In this document: positions 52,795-63,629 of the stretch, one piece after another
Numbering within the stretch: the stretch's first letter is position 1
Layout: every line of letters begins with the position of its first letter
Notes under the pieces: generated by a model
Told to the model about the DNA's origin: nothing
The model's input: only the letters and a program-made list of their open reading frames with translations
Database searches by the model: none
Program-made: the position numbers and the translations under genes
Assembly: GCA_036384135.1 (NCBI GenBank)
Contig: DASVMY010000084.1
Location: 45,526-109,525, forward strand
Source of the DNA: Caulobacteraceae bacterium
GTDB lineage: Bacteria; Pseudomonadota; Alphaproteobacteria; Caulobacterales; Caulobacteraceae
Length of the DNA stretch: 64,000 nt
Reading direction: 5' to 3'

Positions 52795-54111
52795 TCAATT
52801 GTAGATTGGGAACCGTGCGGTCAAGTCCAGCACGTCCTGACGGACCTTGGTCTCCACCGCGCCATTGCCGTCTTCCCCATTCACGGACAGGCCGTCGACC
52901 ACCTCGGCGATGAAGCCGGCGACCTTGCGGAACTCCGCCTCGCCAAAGCCGCGGGTGGTGCCGGCGGGCGTGCCCAGGCGCACGCCGGAGCTGTACATCG
53001 GCGGGCGCGGGTCGAAGGGGATGGTGGAGCGGCTGCAGGTGATGCCGGCCCGTTCCAGGCTGTCTTCCGCCGCCTTGCCGGTGACGTTCTTGGGCGTCAG
53101 GTCCACCACCATCAAGTGGCTGTCGGTGCCGCCGGCGACGATGTTCATGCCGCTCTTGGCCAGTTCGTCGGCCAGGGCGCGAGCGTTGGCGATCACCTGG
53201 CGGGCGTAGACCTTGAATTCGGGGCGCAGGGCCTCGCCGAAGGCCACCGCCTTGGCGGCGATCACGTGCATCAGCGGCCCGCCCTGGATGCCGGGGAACA
53301 CCGCCGCGTCGATCTTCTTGCCCAGCTTGGGGCTGTTGCTGAGGATCATGCCGCCGCGCGGGCCGCGCAGGGTCTTGTGGGTAGTGGTGGTGACCACATG
53401 CGCGTGCGGCAGGGGCGAAGGGAATTCGCCCGCCGCCACTAGGCCCGCGAAGTGGGCCATGTCCACCATCAGATAGGCCCCGACGCTGTCGGCCACCTCG
53501 CGGAAGCGGGCGAAGTCGATCACCCGGCTGTAGGCGCTGCCGCCAGCGATGATCAGCTTGGGCTTATGTTCCAGGGCCAGTTCGGCCAGGCCGTCGTAGT
53601 CGATGATCTGGTCCTGGGTGCGCACGGTGTAGGCCACCGGCTTGAACCACATCCCCGACTGGTTCACCGACTTGCCATGGGTCAGGTGGCCGCCGGCGTT
53701 CAGGTCCATGCCCATGAAGGTGTCGCCCGGCTGCATCAGCGCCATGAACACCCCTTGGTTGGCCTGGGAGCCGGAGTGCGGCTGGACGTTGGCCCAGCGG
53801 CAGTCGAACAGCTGCTTGGCCCGCTCGATGGCCAGGGTTTCGGCAACGTCTACTTCCTCGCAGCCGCCGTAGTAGCGCCGGCCAGGATACCCTTCGGCAT
53901 ATTTGTTGGTCAGGATCGAGCCTTGGGCCTCAAGCACCGCGCGCGAGACGATATTCTCCGATGCGATCAGCTCGATCTGCCCCTGTTGCCGCGTCAGCTC
54001 CCTGGCCACGACCTGGGCGATGGCGGGGTCGGCGGCGTTCAGGCCAGCTGAAAAGAAGCCATCCGAAGTGTCGTTGGAGGGTTTGGCGGAAACGGGAGCG
54101 GTGGCGGTCAA
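52795..54111 (-). CDS. glyA: Serine hydroxymethyltransferase
   Basis: [28 protein letters not shown] and [13 protein letters not shown] motifs. Confidence 0.97.
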   Translation of the reverse strand: MTATAPVSAKPSNDTSDGFFSAGLNAADPAIAQVVARELTRQQGQIELIASENIVSRAVLEAQGSILTNKYAEGYPGRRYYGGCEEVDVAETLAIERAKQLFDCRWANVQPHSGSQANQGVFMALMQPGDTFMGMDLNAGGHLTHGKSVNQSGMWFKPVAYTVRTQDQIIDYDGLAELALEHKPKLIIAGGSAYSRVIDFARFREVADSVGAYLMVDMAHFAGLVAAGEFPSPLPHAHVVTTTTHKTLRGPRGGMILSNSPKLGKKIDAAVFPGIQGGPLMHVIAAKAVAFGEALRPEFKVYARQVIANARALADELAKSGMNIVAGGTDSHLMVVDLTPKNVTGKAAEDSLERAGITCSRSTIPFDPRPPMYSSGVRLGTPAGTTRGFGEAEFRKVAGFIAEVVDGLSVNGEDGNGAVETKVRQDVLDLTARFPIYN

Positions 54112-54269
54112 GACTCGCCTCCTTGGGACTGCTGCGGGGATCGCCCCTCTTTACCCCCCTGGCCGTGGCGATCAACCGCCGCCGGACGACAATCGCCATG
54201 GAACCGACACCCTTGCGGTGTCGTTTCGCCCTTGAGGGGTTCCAGCATTCCATCATGAGGGCGTAGTAC

Positions 54270-54710
54270 ATGACATCCGCCAGCGGTGACGACCGCAAGA
54301 CGGACACAGAGTCCGCGAGTGACATCCTGAGACTGAGCGCAGACATCGTCTCCGCCTATGTCGCGCAGAACGCCATTGCCGCCGGCGCTGTCCCGGAGCT
54401 GATCGGCAAGGTCCACAACGTTCTTGCCAACCTGGGCGCGGTGGAGCCGGTCCCGCGAGAGCGGCAACGCCCGGCGGTGTCCGTGGCCAAGTCCGTGCAG
54501 CACGACTTCATCGTCTGCCTGGAGGACGGCAAAAAGCTCAAGATGTTGAAGCGCTATCTGCGCGCCCAGTACGACATGAGCCCCGAAGACTATCGCCGCA
54601 AATGGAACCTGGCCCCGGACTATCCGATGGTGGCCCCAGCCTACGCCGCCAGGCGTTCGGACTTCGCCAAACAGATCGGGCTTGGACGCGGCGTCCGGCG
54701 GGGAAGGTAG
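54270..54710 (+). CDS. mucR: Ros/MucR-family regulator
   Basis: ADIVSAYV, PAVSV, CLEDG..LK.LKR and YRRKW.L..DYPMVAP motifs. Confidence 0.92.
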   Translation: MTSASGDDRKTDTESASDILRLSADIVSAYVAQNAIAAGAVPELIGKVHNVLANLGAVEPVPRERQRPAVSVAKSVQHDFIVCLEDGKKLKMLKRYLRAQYDMSPEDYRRKWNLAPDYPMVAPAYAARRSDFAKQIGLGRGVRRGR

Positions 54711-54758
54711 CCCCTCCCCGCCTTTGCGCCGTGTCAGACGGCGTGACGCGCCGGTCGA

Positions 54759-57410
54759 CTAACCCTTCGGCTCGGGCTTGATCTTCCGGTGTCCGGTGAT
54801 GCGGAAGGTCATGCCGCCCACCGGGACATTGTCCTGCAGCACCGTCAGCACGATGTCATGGTCGCGCTCGTGGGCCAGGATCGCGTCGGTCACCGGCTTG
54901 CCGCCACTGGCCTCCACGAACACCTTGAGCAGTTCGCCAGGCTTGCCGAGCGGCTGCTCGCGGCCGATCTGCGGCACGTCCACCTTCCAACCCAGCTTGC
55001 CCAGCCACTCGGGCAGCTTGACGTCGACGGCCAATTTCACCGGCCTGCGGCTGTGGTTGCGGATCCAGAACGGCAAGTTCTTGAAGGCTTCCCCAAGAGC
55101 GCTGCTGACTGGATGCACGTTGCGCTGGGCGATGTTGTTGTCGTTGGGCACCAGCCGCCATTCGGGAATGGCGCCGGTGATCGCTCCGTCGATGTTGCTG
55201 GGGTCGCCGTTGGCCGAGACACTGAAGAACATGCACTCGTGGCCGACTTCCGCCGGGATCCAGTGGAAGGGGCCGACCACCTCGCCAACCGCGTCATGAG
55301 CAGCGACATTGGGGGCCGCCAGTTGCGGCGTGGTCATCGGGAACCAGTCGGCGGGATAGATCAGCCCGACGCCCGGCAAGGCATGGAACCCCTTGACCAC
55401 CACATTGGTCGCCGCCTGGGCCCCGCGGTTCTTGATCCGCACATAGGCGTAGTTGGTCTGGCCGACGACCGGCTCCTCGTGCACGCCGCCGCCCGCGCCG
55501 ATGGTGCGCCGGTTCCAGATGTCGGTGCAGCTCCAGTGGTTGGCCAGGAACGGATATTCCCCGGCCCGGCCGTCATCGATGTAGACGTCCACCGGCGGCG
55601 CGACGCCCTCCACCGTGGCCGGGGCGCCGGGGGCCCGGAACAGGCCCTGCTTCTCGAACGCCCAGCGGATGACCTTGTGATAGGCCCCGCCGGCGTTGGT
55701 CTCGGCCGGATTGGTGGAGATCCAGGTTCCCGCGTCCGCCGTCTCCAGGTGCTGCTCCCAGCCCAATGGATTGGTGGGATTGGTGGCCGGGGTCAGCTGG
55801 CCCACCGCGCGCAGTATCAGATAGGTGGCCGCCCGCGCCGCGAACTGGCGGCGGTCCGGATAGGCGGAGTCGCCCCCGATCGACCGGTAGAGCCGGAAGT
55901 GGGTGGTGGCCAGGATCTGCTCGGTGGAGTAGCCGCCGACGTCGTTGGCGCCGCCAAACCCCCAGCCGTTCACGGGCCGGTCGTGACGCCGGCCGATATT
56001 CACCCACGGGAAGCTGACGAACCGGTCCGGCGCATGGGTGTCCACGTCGTTCAGGATCACCGCGAAGCTGTCGCCAGCGCTGTGGGCGAAACCGAAGTTG
56101 GGCGAGTTGACGTGGTCCCAGAGGATCCCGTGCCCGCCCAGCTCGTGCAGCACCACCCGCCAATCGGCGGAGATGCCGATGGGGTTGGTGGTGTCGCCTG
56201 TGTCGGCCAGGGCAAAGACCACGGCGCCGATGCCGTTCGACAGGGCGTTGCCCTGGCACTGGGCGTTGATCACATTGCCCAGCGCCCGATGGTCGACATG
56301 CACCGGGAAGGCCGTGCCGTCGAAATAGGTCGGGATGTTGAAGCCCTGGTCGCGCACGAACCGGAAGAACCGGTCGCAGTGGTAGTAGGCGTTGGTCGCG
56401 GCGAAGTCGTTCGTCCGCGAGGCGAAGGCGAAGTTGAAAGGCAGCACCGTGGTCGGCGAGGCCACCGTCGGCGCCGAAACGTCGAATAGCTGCACGAACG
56501 ATCCGGTCAGGGCCTGGTGGCCCGAGACCGGCGGGACAAGGTCAGCCAGCGCCACATTGTCCCGCAAGGCGTCCAGCACCGCGCCGGCGGCGTTGGGCAG
56601 GTCGGCCAGGTTGCCGGTCTTGGTGATCGGATCGCGGTCGAAGACCAGGCCCGTCACGCCGTCGACCAGGGCGCGCAGATAGAGCACCGCGCCGCTGTCG
56701 GGTTCGATGAACGCCTTCCAGTTCAGCGGCCCGTAGTCGGGCATCGGCAGGGTGAAAAGCGCTTCGACAACCACATAGTGGGTGCCGTCCTTGATCGACG
56801 CCGGGGGCTCGGCCAGCGGCAGGGTCGGGGGTTCCGGCCCCCAGGCCGCTTCGGGCCCGGTCTCGACATGGTCGCTGATCCGCTTGGTGGCGTCATAGCG
56901 ATAGACCAGCAGGCTGGTGTGGTTGATCCGCATCCCCTTGGCGTTGGGGATCGCCTTGCGCACCACCTCGTCATAGGAGCCCGTCGCTGCGGTGAGCCCC
57001 ATGGCCGGCTTCAGGGCGTCGGCCGGGGGTGCGGCTTCGATGTCGTAGTGTAGGGTCGATGTCGCCGCGGCGATGGCGTTGTCCGGCTGGTGGGTCGTGA
57101 CCGACACGCCGGCCTGGTAGATCGGCAGGCCGAACATGGTCTGCACATAGCTGACGGTGGTGGAGTCCATCTGCCGCTTTTCGGACTCGAAGCGCAGTTG
57201 GGCCGCCTCGCCGGTGGGCGACAGAGCTGTACGCACGTCGAGCGTTCGCAGGGCGTCCGACGGCACCTTGAGCGTGTCGGCGTTGGATTCCAGGAAGCTG
57301 CGAGCGGCGTCCTGAGGCGACGCGCCGGTCAGGGCCGCTTCGCCCTTCTGGAACCGGAAATGGCGAGGGTGACCGCCCTCGTCGTAGATGATGTTTGCAC
57401 TTTCCGCCAT
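54759..57410 (-). CDS. Large zinc metalloprotease-like protein (M4/M36-like propeptide, catalytic domain and C-terminal beta domain)
   Basis: FTP-like VSYVQTMFGLPIYQAGVSV, PepSY-like WKAFIEPDSGAVL, TNAYYH, HELGGH...HSAGD and C-terminal YAYVRIKNRG...DNNIAQRN. Confidence 0.75.
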   Translation of the reverse strand: MAESANIIYDEGGHPRHFRFQKGEAALTGASPQDAARSFLESNADTLKVPSDALRTLDVRTALSPTGEAAQLRFESEKRQMDSTTVSYVQTMFGLPIYQAGVSVTTHQPDNAIAAATSTLHYDIEAAPPADALKPAMGLTAATGSYDEVVRKAIPNAKGMRINHTSLLVYRYDATKRISDHVETGPEAAWGPEPPTLPLAEPPASIKDGTHYVVVEALFTLPMPDYGPLNWKAFIEPDSGAVLYLRALVDGVTGLVFDRDPITKTGNLADLPNAAGAVLDALRDNVALADLVPPVSGHQALTGSFVQLFDVSAPTVASPTTVLPFNFAFASRTNDFAATNAYYHCDRFFRFVRDQGFNIPTYFDGTAFPVHVDHRALGNVINAQCQGNALSNGIGAVVFALADTGDTTNPIGISADWRVVLHELGGHGILWDHVNSPNFGFAHSAGDSFAVILNDVDTHAPDRFVSFPWVNIGRRHDRPVNGWGFGGANDVGGYSTEQILATTHFRLYRSIGGDSAYPDRRQFAARAATYLILRAVGQLTPATNPTNPLGWEQHLETADAGTWISTNPAETNAGGAYHKVIRWAFEKQGLFRAPGAPATVEGVAPPVDVYIDDGRAGEYPFLANHWSCTDIWNRRTIGAGGGVHEEPVVGQTNYAYVRIKNRGAQAATNVVVKGFHALPGVGLIYPADWFPMTTPQLAAPNVAAHDAVGEVVGPFHWIPAEVGHECMFFSVSANGDPSNIDGAITGAIPEWRLVPNDNNIAQRNVHPVSSALGEAFKNLPFWIRNHSRRPVKLAVDVKLPEWLGKLGWKVDVPQIGREQPLGKPGELLKVFVEASGGKPVTDAILAHERDHDIVLTVLQDNVPVGGMTFRITGHRKIKPEPKG

Positions 57411-57657
57411 GACGACCTCCTCCGGGGTTGTCGGCGGCCGGCGCTGATCAGGGGGTACGGGTCAGCACTCAAGTCGGCCGCCGTTCGATCACGGCCGGAA
57501 CTCCAAGGCCAAGCGGAAGCACGGGTCAAAGCAACTTTAAGTTACGGATGCGATACCATTGTCCCGTCACGAAGACTTATTTTTGCCGCCATTTTAGAGT
57601 CCATGATAGGAAACATCGTTGGACGGGTGTCAATTTACTCAGACTTTGGATCACGCT

Positions 57658-57696
57658 CTACTTGTGACAAGTAGGGCGCCAAAACGTGTGACACAC
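57658..57696. promoter_or_regulatory. Tandem operator-like palindromes
   Basis: CTACTTGT-G-ACAAGTAG (57658-57674) and GTGTG-A-CACAC (57686-57696), both containing TGTGACA. Confidence 0.5.
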
Positions 57697-57800
57697 TATA
57701 GGTTGTTTCCGGTAGCTGGCGGCCGTGTAAGGACGAAGAGCCGCGGCGAACCGCAGTCTGGCGCCCAGGGTTGTCTTCGCCGAAGGTGCGCAGGATACGC

Positions 57801-57833
57801 TCTCTTCCCCCGAGCGTAGCGTGGGGGAAGTGG
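57801..57833. repeat. Short REP-like hairpin repeat
   Basis: TCTCTTCCCCCGAGCGTAGCGTGGGGGAAGTGG, near-identical to 37495-37526. Confidence 0.65.
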
Positions 57834-57854
57834 ATCGCGCCCCGCGGGCCGCTG

Positions 57855-57963
57855 ATCAGCGACAACCGAAGTTAGGGGGCGCGAGACGATGGGGGCTTCA
57901 GCGGAGAACCGAAGTCAGCGTCAAGTTGGAGCCCCCATCCAACTCGATGCGGCTTGAGGCCGC
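57855..57963. ncRNA. Candidate structured RNA downstream of hemA
   Basis: A duplicated 19-20 nt motif, a 13-bp stem and a competing 7-bp hairpin; no family recognised. Confidence 0.3.
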
Positions 57964-59190
57964 CTAGGCGGCCCGTCCGCCCAGGCGCGCGATGTTGCAA
58001 TGGGCCCAGAGCGCTTCCAGCGACCGCACCAGATCGTCCATCATTGCGTCGGTGTGGAAGGGCGTCGGCGTGAAGCGCAGGCGCTCGGTGCCGCGCGGCA
58101 CGGTGGGATAGTTGATCGGCTGGACATAGATGCCGTGGTCGGTGAGCAGCATGTCCGAAACCATCTTGCAGTGGACGGGGTCGCCCACCAGCACCGGCAC
58201 TATATGGCTGACCGACGGCATCACCGGCAGGCCGGCGGCGGCCATGCGGGCCTTCAGCGATGCGGCGCGCTCCTGATGGCGCTCGCGCACTTCGTTGTGC
58301 TCTTTCAGATAACGGATCGAGGCCACCGCCCCGGCCGACAAAGCCGGCGGCAGGGAGGTCGTGAAGATGAAGCCCGAAGCGTAGGAGCGGATCGCGTCCA
58401 CTAGGTCGGCGTCGCCGGTGATGTAGCCGCCCATGACCCCGAACGCCTTGCCGAGCGTGCCTTCGATGACGTCGATCTGGTCGGCCACACCGTCGCGCTC
58501 GGAAACGCCGCCGCCGCGCGCGCCGTAGAGGCCAACCGCGTGGACTTCGTCCAGATAGGTCATGGCGCCGTATTTCTTGGCCAGGGCGGCCGTGGCGCCC
58601 ACGTCGGCGATGTCGCCGTCCATGGAATAGACACTCTCGAACGCCACCAGCTTGGGCGCATCGGCCGGCGCATCGGCGAGCAGGCTTTCCAGATGCTCCA
58701 GGTCGTTGTGCCGGAAGACCTTGAACGCGCCGCGTCCGTTGCGGATGCCGGCGATCATCGAGGCGTGGTTCAGTTCGTCGGAGAAGATGATCAGGCCCGG
58801 CAGAACCTTCTGCAGCGTGGCCAGGGCCGCCTCGTTGGAGACGTAGCCGGAGGTGAACAGCAGCGCGGCTTCCTTGCCGTGCAAGTCAGCGAGCTCGCGC
58901 TCCAGCTCGACGTGATAGTGGGTGGTGCCGGAGATGTTGCGGGTGCCGCCGGAGCCGGAACCGGCCTCGTCGATGGCCTTGTGCATGGCGTCCAGGACGA
59001 CGGGGTTCTGCCCCTGGCCCAGGTAGTCGTTGGAGCACCAGACGACGACGTCGCGCTCATGCCCCTCGGGGTTGGTCCAGGTTGCCCAGGGGAACTTGCC
59101 ACGATGGCGCTTGAGATCCGCGAAAACACGGTAGCGCCCCTCGGAGCGAACCTGCTCCACGGCGTTCCTGAAGGCAGCCTTATAGTCCAT
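57964..59190 (-). CDS. hemA: 5-aminolevulinate synthase
   Basis: [31 protein letters not shown] and INYPTV motifs. Confidence 0.96.
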   Translation of the reverse strand: MDYKAAFRNAVEQVRSEGRYRVFADLKRHRGKFPWATWTNPEGHERDVVVWCSNDYLGQGQNPVVLDAMHKAIDEAGSGSGGTRNISGTTHYHVELERELADLHGKEAALLFTSGYVSNEAALATLQKVLPGLIIFSDELNHASMIAGIRNGRGAFKVFRHNDLEHLESLLADAPADAPKLVAFESVYSMDGDIADVGATAALAKKYGAMTYLDEVHAVGLYGARGGGVSERDGVADQIDVIEGTLGKAFGVMGGYITGDADLVDAIRSYASGFIFTTSLPPALSAGAVASIRYLKEHNEVRERHQERAASLKARMAAAGLPVMPSVSHIVPVLVGDPVHCKMVSDMLLTDHGIYVQPINYPTVPRGTERLRFTPTPFHTDAMMDDLVRSLEALWAHCNIARLGGRAA

Positions 59191-59241
59191 GACCCCAACC
59201 TATCCAACGGGCCGGGCGGTCTTCGCGCCGCGGCAATGGCA

Positions 59242-59265
59242 GCGGTTCTTTCGCATGAACCGCGA
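59242..59265 (-). promoter_or_regulatory. Hairpin in the hemA 5' region
   Basis: GCGGTTC-N8-GAACCGC inverted repeat roughly 55-75 nt upstream of the ATG. Confidence 0.35.
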
Positions 59266-59452
59266 GGACGTGTCACCTAGGGGCTAACCCCTATCCGATT
59301 CAAGAGACCGGCGGGGCGCCCGAAGGCCGGCGGCGTCATGCGCCGTCGCGCTCAATATAGCAACTTAACACTGTTTAGCCACCAGGGAGGAAGCGTCCCA
59401 GTCTTAGTCCGAAACGCGCCAGCCCGAAGCGATTGCCCCAGGCGGCCACCGC

Positions 59453-60238
59453 CTATAGCGGCTTCTGGAACTTGTAGATGAACTGGTCGGTGTGGCCGCG
59501 CATGGCCGGATCGAAGACCTTCAGCGTGTGGTCGTCAGCCGGATTGACCAGCACCTTGCTCTCGCCGACGAACTTGAAGCCGGCGGCGGTGACCTCCGCC
59601 TTGACCGATGCGGGGTCGATGCGGTGCAGGGTGTCGGTGGCGGCCAGACCCGACCCGGCCGCGGCGGCATGGTCCAGGATCACGTAGTAGCCGCCCGGCT
59701 TCAGCGCCTTGAAGACCGCCGCATTGACCTTGGCCAGGTCCGCCGGACCCATGAAGCTGTCGTGCATGTCGTGGTAGTTCTGGGCGGTCCAGACCACGTC
59801 CGCCGTCGTCGGCGCGGAGAAATCGTTGATCGGCGCGGTGAGGAAGGTGACGTTGGGCCAGGCGGCGTCCGGAACCGTGCCGCTGGCGGGGACCGGGCCT
59901 TTGGCGAACTTGGCGAATTCCGCCGGCTGGAAGGCGTAGACCTTGCCCGTGGGCCCGACGGCGCCGGAGAACAGCTTGGAGAAGTAACCACCGCCGGGCA
60001 TCAGGTCGACTACGGTCTGGCCGGGCTTGATGCCGGCGAACACCAGCATGTCGGCCGGCTTGCGGGCCGCGTCGCGGTCAGTGTCGGCCTTGGGGCGAGC
60101 GGTGTTGGCCACCGCGGCGGTCACATAGGCTGGCGTGGAGTCCGCTGCACTGACCTGCCAGGCTCCGATCGAGCCCGCCGAAACCACCGCCGCGCCCAGT
60201 AGCGCCGTCATGCCGATCCACTTCCCATGCCACTTCAT
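59453..60238 (-). CDS. Exported class I SAM-methyltransferase-like protein (COG4798-like)
   Basis: N-terminal signal peptide, D..RKP, DLMPGGGYFS, NYHD, LKPGG..VILDH and TDQFIYKFQKP. Confidence 0.8.
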   Translation of the reverse strand: MKWHGKWIGMTALLGAAVVSAGSIGAWQVSAADSTPAYVTAAVANTARPKADTDRDAARKPADMLVFAGIKPGQTVVDLMPGGGYFSKLFSGAVGPTGKVYAFQPAEFAKFAKGPVPASGTVPDAAWPNVTFLTAPINDFSAPTTADVVWTAQNYHDMHDSFMGPADLAKVNAAVFKALKPGGYYVILDHAAAAGSGLAATDTLHRIDPASVKAEVTAAGFKFVGESKVLVNPADDHTLKVFDPAMRGHTDQFIYKFQKPL

Positions 60239-60333
60239 CGCCCAAACCTCCGTTGCTTTTGAATATCAGTACGTCAGGCTGTCGGCGCCGGAACATTAAA
60301 TTCCTGAAAGGCAAAGTGCTCGGCGCCGGTTGA

Positions 60334-61956
<1,623 letters not shown>

Positions 61957-61965
61957 CACCAGCCC

Positions 61966-62481
61966 TCACGTCCAGCGCGGGCCCAGGCTCTTGGCGATGT
62001 CCGCGGGCCCGGCGCCAAGGTTCCCCAGCATGGTTTCCAGGCCGCGCATCACCGCGCGCAGCTGGTCATCGGGAATTCCCTCGAAGAGCCGGTCGTTCAG
62101 GCGTTCCGCCTCGGGGATCGTCCGCCGGTAAAGCGCCTCGCCCTCGGGCGTCGCCGAAAGCTCGACATACCGCCGGTCGGCCTGGACGGTCGATCGACGG
62201 ATCAGGCCGTCGGCCACAAGGGTTTCGACCGCCCGCGCCAGGGTGGTCCGGTCGTAGCCGATCAGCGCCGCGAGGTCGGACATGGTGCAGTTGACCGCGC
62301 GCACCACGGCGATCAGCGTACGGTAGCGGGTAACGTTCAGGCCCATGGGAGCCATGGCGGCGTCAAGCTGGGCGTCCCGCGCGCGCGTGATCCGATGCAG
62401 GGCCTGAATGACGTATTCGGACACCTCGAACAGAAATTCGCCCTTAGGGTCCGGCGAAAGAAGCTTCACGAGACGATACAC
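61966..62481 (-). CDS. MarR-family transcriptional regulator
   Basis: Winged helix SDLAALIGYDRTTLARAVETL and DRR...L..T..G; start uncertain. Confidence 0.85.
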   Translation of the reverse strand: MYRLVKLLSPDPKGEFLFEVSEYVIQALHRITRARDAQLDAAMAPMGLNVTRYRTLIAVVRAVNCTMSDLAALIGYDRTTLARAVETLVADGLIRRSTVQADRRYVELSATPEGEALYRRTIPEAERLNDRLFEGIPDDQLRAVMRGLETMLGNLGAGPADIAKSLGPRWT

Positions 62482-62649
62482 AGCGAACTCCTGCGCGGGT
62501 CAGCCCGCCGCTTGCGACCGTCAAAGCTGGCGGCTTCATCCCGACTGACGCGTGCTGGCTGGCGGATGGGTTCTTCTCCACGAGAAAGGGACCTGCCGGC
62601 AAGGGGGCAACGCTGCGTCATGTCGCCAAGGGGCGTGGATCAAGGCGGA

Positions 62650-63507
62650 TCAACGCTTCTGAAGCCGCGCGGCCAGGCTGGAGGTGTCCCAGCGCCGTCC
62701 GCCCATGCCCTGCACCTCGGCGTAGAACTGGTCGACCAGGGCGGTGATCTCCACCCGCGCGCCGTTGGTCCGGGCCTCGTCCAGCACCAGGCCCAGGTCC
62801 TTGCGCATCCAGTCCACGGCGAAGCCGAAGTCGAACTTGCCCTGCGCCATCGTCTTCCAGCGGTTGTCCATCTGCCAGGACTGGGCGGCGCCCTTGGACA
62901 CCGCCTCATAGACCAGGGTCGGATCCAGCCCCGCCTTGGCGGCGAAGGCGACGCCTTCGGCCAGGCCCTGGACCACCCCGGCGATGCAGATCTGGTTGAC
63001 CATCTTGGTCAGCTGGCCCGATCCGGCCTCGCCCATGTGTTTGATGGCCTTGGCGTAGGCGCCGATCACCGGCTCGGCTCGTCGCACAGCGGCCGTATCG
63101 CCTCCGATCATGATCGAAAGCTGGCCGTTCTCCGCCCCCGCCTGGCCGCCGGAGACCGGGGCGTCCAGGAAGACCTTGCCTTCCCCTGAGGCCGCCACGG
63201 CCATCTCCCGCGCCACCTTGGCCGAGGTGGTGGTGTGATCGACGATGATCGCCCCCGTTGGCAGGGCCGGCAGGGCTTGGGCGACCACGGCGCGGACGTC
63301 GTTGTCATTGCCGACGCATAGGGCCAGCAGTTCGCACCCCTCGGCGGCTTCGGCGATCGTCGTCCCCGCGAAGCCCCCGCGCGCGGCCGCCCAGCGCCGC
63401 GCCTTGTCCGGTGAGCGGTTGAACACCCGCACGTCGTGGCCAGCCTTGGCCAGATGCCCGGCCATGGGAAAGCCCATGACGCCCAGCCCGATGAACCCAA
63501 CCTTCAT
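62650..63507 (-). CDS. NAD(P)-dependent oxidoreductase, 3-hydroxyisobutyrate dehydrogenase family
   Basis: GFIGLGVMG, DAPVSGG and GQLTKMVNQ motifs. Confidence 0.92.
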   Translation of the reverse strand: MKVGFIGLGVMGFPMAGHLAKAGHDVRVFNRSPDKARRWAAARGGFAGTTIAEAAEGCELLALCVGNDNDVRAVVAQALPALPTGAIIVDHTTTSAKVAREMAVAASGEGKVFLDAPVSGGQAGAENGQLSIMIGGDTAAVRRAEPVIGAYAKAIKHMGEAGSGQLTKMVNQICIAGVVQGLAEGVAFAAKAGLDPTLVYEAVSKGAAQSWQMDNRWKTMAQGKFDFGFAVDWMRKDLGLVLDEARTNGARVEITALVDQFYAEVQGMGGRRWDTSSLAARLQKR

Positions 63508-63629
63508 ACGCACTCTCCAACCAAACCGGACCGACCGGCTCCCGGCCAAATTGGCCGGCGCAACGCCATCTTAACGATGCCAAGCGACCTTAGCCGACGA
63601 TTCAAGGTTAATCCCGCTTAGGACATCCC

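Noticed and set aside
57420-57963. Replication origin, or small ORFs such as 57428-57667, in the hemA downstream gap
   Set aside because: I found no cluster of DnaA boxes or full CtrA sites. The small ORFs lack convincing RBS or coding bias.
59280-59310. FNR/FixK box upstream of hemA
   Set aside because: Only a TTCAA half-site is present, with no TTGAT-N4-ATCAA match.
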